Source: Octopus bimaculoides (Eukaryota). From it: a DNA stretch of 43,456 nucleotides. The position numbers and the translations under genes are program-made. The stretch is taken from positions 82,746,858-82,790,313 of the forward strand of contig NC_068988.1 in the NCBI RefSeq assembly GCF_001194135.2. The letters are read 5' to 3'. Shown here piece after piece: positions 34,861-43,456 of the stretch. How positions within the stretch are numbered: position 1 is the stretch's first letter; the number at the start of each line of letters is the position of its first letter. The notes under the pieces were generated by a model. That model was not told the DNA's origin and did no database searches. It was given only the letters and a program-made list of their open reading frames with translations.

Positions 34861-36793
34861 TGATTAAGTGGATGATACATTATGTCTGCCAGTAAACAAA
34901 GTGATATGTGTGTGCTCACCATGAAATATTTTCAGATGAGAGGCTAAATATCATTGACTGGAAACCAAAAATGGACCCCAGACAGCTTTGATAACAGGCT
35001 AGCATTACAAACTATAAATTTACTGCTAGCATCTATTTACTTCCTTGAAGCTCACGGAAAAATGTCAGGTCAACACTAGAAAATAACTTCATCTTCGTTA
35101 TTCATACTATTCCCTGCTTGTTGACATCAACATATTGTGCCTCTGTGTACCATACAGTATGGTTCATTGCCCTAATTTCTTCTTCAGCTGTTCTCATTTC
35201 AAGTTTTGAAAATAAACAATACAAAGATTTGTCTGAATTTCCAAACACTTAATTTACCTGCTTTGCTGAGTTTACATATGTGTGCATCCAATAAATTAAT
35301 TTTGTGACAATAGCACAAGGGATAATGAATCATGTATGTCATGAATATTTGTCAATTGACACTACTACTGAGGGCTATAAATAAAAAAGTTTAACAAGTT
35401 GGGAGGTTACATGCAGAGAAAAAATGGCTGACCCATACCAATCTTGAAATAATTCTAAGTCGAATAAGCTTGCTTTTAAATAACTGTTGGCCCAGAAGGT
35501 TTTAGAATCCACTTGGCAGGAAAACTTGGAGACTTCCCGTAAAGTTGCCATCTTAGCCATAAATAAGTCGGCCATTGCATATTTACATAGGCATTACTAT
35601 CTCTAATGGCAACACCTTACCCTTTATATTAGGAAATATATTAGGTCATGATTTCAGAGCGGGGATAATCTGAGAGCTAAGGTTCAAGCCTCAGTCAGGT
35701 TCTTACTACAGTACCTATTTTATAACTATGTGTATTAAACTAGGACAGCTAGCTAAATAGTTTTTATCATTGCAAAATATAAACAATACAGTGTTGTGCT
35801 AATACTCCTTTAACTTCCATTGTTAACTCTCTTACACTCACACACAAATCAATGGTGCTAACGTTACACTGGTTATATTTTTAGAACATAAATGAGTTGA
35901 ATCCATAACTTAATGAAACTGTTGTGAAATATTTTATAATTTATATCACTAACATTTTTAGCGGCACAGTGACAATAATGTCTTAAATATATATCAGCAA
36001 TTACAATAATAATTACATCCATAATTATAAGTAGCATTATATGTGTGCTAAATGCAATGAAAACTTGTTCAAAATTGATCAAAGTGTTTAATATGAACAA
36101 AACTAAAACAAATAATCAGACATTTTTACAATATTTTATCACTTGTTTTGTATATGAAACAGTTAACTTTTTGTTTTCCTTGCATATCTGTTCACAACTA
36201 GTTACATACTTGAGAGAGAGAGAAGGAAAGAGAGAGGGATTGCGTGTGTATTTATGAGAGTGTGTGTGTGTGTGCGGGTGTGTGTGTGTGCATGCGTGTG
36301 TCTATTTGTATGTGCATGTACATGTGTGTGTGTATTTTATATTTAGTTATTTATTTCTCCACACTGCTGTCAATTAGAGAATTTTGAAAATGTTAAAACT
36401 TTCAGTGAATTGTATTTTGATCATTTTAGCAAGTATGGGAGACAACTCACGACATGTTTTACACTTATTAAGACTTCTTCGTAACAGCCATCAACTAGTG
36501 ATGGGAGAACCTCTAAGTAATTACACTCTATGAGTAGATATGAAAATAGTGTATTTATAAATACATTATTGAGATTAAAAATTACTCAGAAGTACCATCT
36601 GCATGATAAACAATAGATGATAAGGATTAATATAGCAAACCTAAAGACCACAACAACAATGTTCTACCTTCTCATCTACTAAAAGTCAACAAATATTACT
36701 TTAAAAGCATTGTATTAAAACTTACTACAGTACTAACACACCCAGTTTGGGAATAAATAAATATAAAGTGTTATATCACATATATATAATCAT

Positions 36794-37110
36794 GGAGTGA
36801 AGGCACATGGCTTAGTGGTTAGGGTATTTGGCTCACAATCATAAGGTCATGAGTTCAATCCCCGGTGATCTGTTGTGTCCTTGAGATAGACACCTTATTT
36901 AGTTACTTCAGTCCACTCAGCTGGCAAAAATGGATAGTACCTGTATTTTGAAAGGGACAGCCTTGTCACAATCTGTGTCATGCTGAATCTCCCTGAGATC
37001 TACATTAAGGGTACATGTGTCAGTGGAGTGCTTGGCCACTTGCACAAAAAGCAGGTTGTTCCATTGATCATATCAAACTGGAACCCTTGTTGTCTGGATA
37101 TCATCATCGG
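36794..37110 (+). mobile_element. tRNA-derived SINE
   Basis: A-box TGGCTTAGTGG, B-box GTTCAATCC; second copy at 18770-19065. Confidence 0.8.
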
Positions 37111-37519
37111 CATTAACTCTTTTCTGAGTAGTTAATCTGTAGCAAGTGATTGAGCCTCTTCATCCTGATGGTTGCAAAGGGTTCTGGTTGTTCAGGCCAA
37201 GGGTGGTGTAGAGAAGTTGGGGACATTTATCGCAAGGGAGGGTTGGTGGGGGATGAGGAAGTGTGAGTCCCTCTGCCCCTTAACATCAGTTATTTTCCAT
37301 CACGTCCACTCCCTTCATGATGACATGCCATCACTTTGGTTAGTCCTTGGTGATTGTCTCCCAAGTATTTGGGTCAATGGAACAACAGAAGTGAGTGAAC
37401 TTGAGCTACTCTCAGAAATGAAATTTGAGGACCAGCTCCACAAAGCAGAGTTGATTGGGGAGATGTGTTTGAAGCATATATATATATATATATATCATAT
37501 GTGTGTGTGTGTGTATATA

Positions 37520-37731
37520 TATACTCTTTTACTTGTTTCAGTCATATGACTGTGGCCATGCTGGAGTACCGCCTTTTAGTCGAGCTAATCAACCCCAGGA
37601 CTTATTCTTTGGAAGCCTAGTACTTATTCTATCGGTCTCTTTAGCCGAACCGCTAAGTTACGGGGACGTAAACACACCGGAATCGGTTGTCAAGCGATGT
37701 TGGGGGGACAAACAGAGATACACAAACATAT

Positions 37732-37745
<14 letters not shown>
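37520..37745 (-). mobile_element. Young (CpG-retaining) CORE-type SINE 3' half, cut by gap
   Basis: Reverse complement of the 3480-3680 tail with CpGs intact. Confidence 0.8.
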
Positions 37746-37784
<39 letters not shown>

Positions 37785-38427
37785 NNNNNNNNNNNNNNNN
37801 NNNNNNNNNNNNNNNNNNNNNNNNNNNNNNNNNNNNNNNNNNNNNNNNNNNNNNNNNNNNNNNNNNNNNNNNNNNNNNNNNNNNNNNNNNNNNNNNNNNN
37901 NNNNNNNNNNNNNNNNNNNNNNNNNNNNNNNNNNNNNNNNNNNNNNNNNNNNNNNNNNNNNNNNNNNNNNNNNNNNNNNNNNNNNNNNNNNNNNNNNNNN
38001 NNNNNNNNNNNNNNNNNNNNNNNNNNNNNNNNNNNNNNNNNNNNNNNNNNNNNNNNNNNNNNNNNNNNNNNNNNNNNNNNNNNNNNNNNNNNNNNNNNNN
38101 NNNNNNNNNNNNNNNNNNNNNNNNNNNNNNNNNNNNNNNNNNNNNNNNNNNNNNNNNNNNNNNNNNNNNNNNNNNNNNNNNNNNNNNNNNNNNNNNNNNN
38201 NNNNNNNNNNNNNNNNNNNNNNNNNNNNNNNNNNNNNNNNNNNNNNNNNNNNNNNNNNNNNNNNNNNNNNNNNNNNNNNNNNNNNNNNNNNNNNNNAAAA
38301 AAAAAAAAAAGATTGAAGACATTTGAAGGGATACACTGAATGTAATTTGTAGAACTCTACACGTGCTCCCTTTTTGGGTGGATGTCTTGTGTCTAGTTCT
38401 GGAAATTATATTTTATAAATCGACAGA

Positions 38428-38492
38428 CTACGCTGATGATCCTGCAGATATTTACTTATGTAAATTTTAACAGGTGAAACCATGGTACGTAG
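38428..38492 (+). ncRNA. Type I hammerhead ribozyme candidate
   Basis: CTACG-CTGATGA-T-CCTG...CAGG-T-GAAA-C(CATG)G-TA-CGTAG; internal hairpin ATTTAC/GTAAAT in stem II. Confidence 0.72.
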
Positions 38493-38689
38493 GTTAATCG
38501 TTTTTTTATTTAGTATTTTTTCTTTTGTCTTGCCCTTTTAAAGTCTGTTGTGTCGCTAAATTTTTACTAAGAACATATTTTTCATGGTTAGATGATTCGG
38601 CATCTATTTCTAGCATATAGGAGTCCACTTTTGCTGGTCATTCCTCTTATTTTTGTATGTTATATATATATATATATAAACCTGCTATG

Positions 38690-41510
38690 AGGAAATTTCA
38701 GATTTTGAAAATTGTTTTAAATCACTTTGATGATGAGAGTTTTCAGGCATGATGTTTTAGAGATAGTAAAAGAAGAACCTTCAAACCATTTGGAAATGAA
38801 AAAGCTTGAAGTTCAATTAGAATTAAAAAAATTAGAGAAAGAATATGAAATTAAGCTTAAAAAGCTTGAAATTCAAAAGGAAATTGAGCTTAAAAAGCTA
38901 GAAAATTCTTTGCCTTCCTCACACCCTTCCTCTTTCGAAACTGTGAGACTTGCCAGACTGTTTCCCCATTTCAATGAAAAAGAGGTGGACAAGTATTTTC
39001 TACATTCTGAAAAAGTTTCTGAAAACCTCAAGTGGCCTTAAGAGTCATGGACTATGCGACTGCAAACTGTGTCGAAAGGTAAAGCTCAGGACACATTTAC
39101 AGCCTTTTCTGGTTAAGAGGACTCTTCTAAAAGTTTATGAGTTAGTGCTCGAAGCTTATCAACAGAAATTCAGGAATGCCCATGCAAGGGACAATGAGAC
39201 GTTTGTGGAGTTTGCTAGGGAGAAGGAAACATTGTTTGATAGGTGGTGTAGTTCTAAGGAGGTCGCAGATTTTGATAGTTTTAAGCAGTTAGTTTTGATT
39301 GAGGATTTCAAACAGAGAGTTCATTCCGATCTCAAGATTTATTTGGATGTTTTACATAATGCAGCTATGTTGGCAGATGATTATTATTTGACTCACAGGG
39401 ATTCTTTTCAGTTTCCAAGGTCGTTATCTTCTGGTCCAAAGGGTTTTTCCCTAGGTAGGAGTTCAGATCATGCAGGTTCCAGTGGAGATAGAATGAGTTC
39501 AAATTGTTTGGACAGGCAGTTACATTCATCTCAGTCTGATTCTGAAACTCCCACTGGTTTTGGTCCTGTTTGTGTATATTGTATTGGTCCTGTTTGTATA
39601 TATTGTGTATATTTGATTTTGGCATGTCCCAAACTTAAACATAAAAATCAGTCCACAGGTTCCCTAAATGCTTTTGTCTCCATTGCACCTAAGCCTCTCT
39701 TTTCGGGTGGTTCTAAGGAGAGTTTTGTCTTTGAGAGTAAACCCCCAGATTTCATAGTTCGGAAGGAGTTTTTGCCCTTTGTTTACAAAGTTTCGATGTC
39801 ACTTATGAGTGATATGTCTACCCCACAGCCTCTTACTATTTTGAGGGATACTGGAGCTCAGTCTCTGATTTTGAAGGATATTTTGCGTTTTTGTGATGAG
39901 TCTTCAGCGAACTCAGATGTTTTCTTTCAGGGTATAGGTGGCAATTTTTCTGCTCCTCTCCATTTTGTGAATTTAACTTCAGATCTGATTTCTTGTGAGG
40001 TGAAAGTAGGTGTTCTTGACTCTCTCCCAGCTCTGGGTGTTGATTTGTTGATCAGAAATGATCTTATAGGGTCCAAAGTTGGTGCTGATCCTATTGTCAT
40101 TGTTTCTCAAGAGAGTTCAGTTAGTACAGAAAAGTTGGGGGGCGATTTTCCTGGTATTTTTCCTTCTTGTGCAGTGAGTCATTCGATGTCGAAAGACATT
40201 TCTTCCGAGTTTTCTTTGCCAAATGATTCCATTCATGATCTATCAGGTACTTTCATGGATCATTCTTTTTGTAAGGTGGAGGTTGATGACCTATCTTGAA
40301 AGGGTAGTGACTCTTCAGGTCTTCTTGATAGGTCTGATGGTGGGTCAGGTAGGGATCACATTCTTTCTAGAGAGCTGCTTATTAATGCACAGGGTGAGGA
40401 TGCTGAATTGCAGAAGTTGGCTAACAAGGCTTTTTCTTTTGAAGAGGTTAGCAAGGTTCCAGTTTGTTGTTATGATGAGCAAATATAGGCTGCAAGACAT
40501 TCCTGCAGGGGATGAATGGAAAGTGTATCATCGAATTGTGGTACCAAAATTGTTACAAAATCATGTACTTTCATTGGCACATGAAAGTCCCATGGCAGGT
40601 CATTTAAGTGTAAACAAAACTTGTGTGAAAATTTTGGCACATTTCTTTTGGCTTAGTTTGAGACAAGATGAGGCTGATTTTGTAAAACCCGTCATGCACG
40701 CCAAATTGTTGGAAGACCAAATCAGAAAATTCCTCCTGCTCCTTTGAAACGTATACCAGCTTTTGGGGAACTTTTTGTTGGGTTGGCCTATTACCTAAGA
40801 CTAAGTCTGATAATTAGTATCTTCTCACTATGTGTGCTCCTACCAGATTTCCTGAAGCTATTCCTCTTCATAGGATTGCCATGGTTTTGATCAAGTTTTT
40901 TTTACCTTAGTTAGTTTGCCAGATGTTATTAAATCTGATCAGGGCTCAAATTTCATGTCTAAAGCATTTCAACAAGTTACGTACCAGTTGGGTATTGAGC
41001 AGGTTAACTCAAGTGCTTATCATCCTGAGTCACAGGGAGCTTTAGAGAGATTTCATCAAACCTTGAAGAATATGATCAAGACTTATTGCTTTGAGACAGA
41101 GAAAGATTGGGATGAAGGTGTGCATTTGTTGCTGTTTGCTGTCAGGGAATTAGTTCAGGAAAGTTTAGGGTTCAGTCCCTTTGAGCTTGTATTTGGTTAT
41201 AGTGTGTGTGGGCTATTAAAACATCTAAAAGAGCAATGGCTCAATCACAATCCTGAGATCAATCTTTTGGACTATGTTTCTACATTTTGGAATAGAATTT
41301 TGAAAGCATGTGAGTTGACCAGACAAAATTTGAAAACTTCACGAGTAGAAATGAAACAAAACTACAATAGAAAGTCAAAAGTAAGAAATTTCATTGCTGG
41401 TGACAAAGTGTTAGTTTTACTTCCCATTCCTGGTCAACCTCTGAGAGATAGATTTCAGGGTCCATATCGCATGGATAAAAAGGCTAGTTATTGTAAAAGA
41501 AATTTTCTGT
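38690..41510 (+). mobile_element. Decayed Gypsy element, Gmr1-like: gag, protease, integrase; no RT/RH and no LTRs seen
   Basis: gag LFPHFNEKEVDKYFLH.EKV...WP; protease ILRDTGA (~39847); HHCC (LAHESPMAGH, ~40580); SDQG-x35-E core; RFQGPY. Confidence 0.88.
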
Positions 41511-42169
41511 GAAACTTTCTTTTCCTTAAGGAGGGTGAGTGTTACAAGAATGCGTTTTCTTTGGGAAGTAAAATAGTGGATTTCATTTGAGCATATAGAT
41601 TTGAACCTGAATCTATAGAACTCCCCATAACATTACAATGCGATTTTCTCACAGAAAAACAGTATTTGACAGCAGTGACACTCAACACATGGCCAATGCC
41701 AAGCTGATTTATGTGTTTTCCCACTTGACCCCCAACCTCTTCTATACCACCAAAAGTCAAATTGAGATAAAGAGCTACCTACATCAGTTTTTCCATTGTT
41801 CTTGACAATGTACTTCTCTTATTTTGCAATTATTATAAATACTGGAATTTCATACAGCCAAACCAGTTGGTGAAATGAGATGACCACAAGCAAACAGCCA
41901 TGATATATACAAATTCCCTCTACTCTTTCACCAGCTCACCTTTCTCTAATAAACATCATTCTATCTCTTTCGCCACTGCTGCTTAAATGACAGGCAGAAT
42001 GAAAGTATCATTTTGTCTTCCTCCTGAACTCGCTGTCATTCTATCTTCCTCCCCTCTCTGGGAGATCAACATACACACTTATAAGAGTTGGATGAGATAT
42101 GATGGCATGGCATCTCTCCCCAGCTCTTATATTATTTATTTAATTCAGAAATACAACAAACACGAGGGT

Positions 42170-43456
42170 TAACGGTAACAACAGATCAATAATTTATTCC
42201 TGGTAGGTGTAGAGCCGTTTGGTTCCCGGGTGAAAGGCATGCCGCTATAATACCAAAGGAAGCTTCGACCACATGTCAGGAATAAATTANNNNNNNNNNN
42301 NNNNNNNNNNNNNNNNNNNNNNNNNNNNNNNNNNNNNNNNNNNNNNNNNNNNNNNNNNNNNNNNNNNNNNNNNNNNNNNNNNNNNNNNNNNNNNNNNNNN
42401 NNNNNNNNNNNNNNNNNNNNNNNNNNNNNNNNNNNNNNNNNNNNNNNNNNNNNNNNNNNNNNNNNNNNNNNNNNNNNNNNNNNNNNNNNNNNNNNNNNNN
42501 NNNNNNNNNNNNNNNNNNNNNNNNNNNNNNNNNNNNNNNNNNNNNNNNNNNNNNNNNNNNNNNNNNNNNNNNNNNNNNNNNNNNNNNNNNNNNNNNNNNN
42601 NNNNNNNNNNNNNNNNNNNNNNNNNNNNNNNNNNNNNNNNNNNNNNNNNNNNNNNNNNNNNNNNNNNNCTTGAGTTTTGTCGCAACGACGAAGGTGGAGT
42701 GGTTCCTGGTGTGTGTGTTTGTGATGGTGTTGATGTTGGTGTATGCATTGGTAAAGATGTTGACAGTGGTGTGTGTGGTGGTAATGATGTTGACAGTGGT
42801 GTGTGCGGTGTTTGAGAAACGGGCACGTCGTCCACGGAAGTTGAGGGTTTTTCAAGGTACGCTTCTTTCAGACGGTTGACAGACACAACCTCTGTACGAC
42901 CATTAGCGTTGACCTGGAAGAACTTTGAAGTGCGAGAAAGCACACGAAAGGGTCCTTTACAGGGAGAAACAAGGGGTCCTTTGACAGAATCATCCCTAAT
43001 GAAAACATGAGACCAAGACTCAATGTCTGCTGGCACTTGAGAGGGAGGTGACTGTTGTCTGGGACCCAAAGCTGGAAGATTGGAGAAATACTCCCGTAAC
43101 CGAGTAACATAGGACTCTAGATGTGGTGGTTGTGACGAGTCTGGTACCACCATCGTACTAGGCAACGCCAGTGTGGTACCGTAAAGAAGCTCCGCCGAGG
43201 AGAAACCCAGGTCAGCTTTGACCGCAGTCCGGCATCCAAGGAGGACGACCGGAAGAAATTCAACTCAAGACTGCGAGTTGGGCGAGGCGCGTAAGGCAGC
43301 CTTAAGTTGCCTATGAAATCGCTCAACCATCCCATTAGAAGCGGGATGGTAGCTGGTGGTGCGTATACGATGCACCCCCAAGATTCGTACCGAGAAATCC
43401 AGCCAGACACGAAGGCTTGAGCGACAGTCTCAGAAGTAATATCAGCTATAGGAATG
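42170..43456 (-). mobile_element. Gypsy (CsRn1-like) integrase C-terminal part and 3' region, running off the window and across a gap
   Basis: RTTSYHPASNGMVERFHRQLKAAL...LLYGTTLALP...VFIRDDSVKGPLVSPCKGPFRVL...VSVNRLK. Confidence 0.85.

Larger units (their letters stand above)
1756..42668. other. 12 assembly gaps (N runs)
   Basis: 1756-1765, 2619-2937, 4430-4536, 5933-6298, 12320-12329, 14212-14505, 20135-20561, 21905-21951, 23097-23989, 33659-33824, 37785-38297, 42290-42668; most are bordered by microsatellites. Confidence 0.98.

Noticed and set aside
35258-35374. Possible minus-strand exon with good acceptor (TTTTTTATTTATAG) and donor (CAG|GTAAAT)
   Set aside because: Stops in all three frames; a non-coding exon cannot be supported without RNA data
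35375-35575. 66-aa minus-strand ORF MADLFMAKMATLREV...
   Set aside because: No recognisable homology and weak splice signals
3286-37110. tRNA-like A/B boxes at several SINE heads
   Set aside because: They continue into SINE bodies and tails and give no convincing cloverleaf, so not called tRNA genes
37330-37470. Minus-strand LWSWSSNFIS...SVVPLTQILG, faintly like a LINE RT motif
   Set aside because: Too short and degraded to call
42190-42289. 13-bp inverted repeat TAATTTATTCCTG / CAGGAATAAATTA
   Set aside because: Abuts a gap, so its extent and any TSD cannot be judged

Overview
Eukaryotic, AT-rich, repeat-saturated scaffold window with 12 N-gaps. The repeat families and microsatellite load suggest an octopus/cephalopod draft assembly (inference, no database search). 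I can support no intact host protein-coding gene: the long ORFs are microsatellite or gap translations, or decayed transposon ORFs. Contents: RTE and CR1-group LINE fragments; several tRNA-derived SINE families, including a six-copy head-to-tail array at ~27.5-29.1 kb; four Tc1/mariner elements (one near-full-length DD36E, two DD37D, one short TIR derivative); a hAT MITE; and three Gypsy relics, one with Gmr1-like protease-integrase adjacency. The most notable signal is a set of minimal type I hammerhead-ribozyme folds of the Penelope-like kind from four unrelated sequence families. Two sit in fold-back palindromes with mirror-image ribozymes on both strands (25602-25948 and 27924-28213). One of these has a U3-A8 core, a compensatory swap of the conserved C3-G8 pair.
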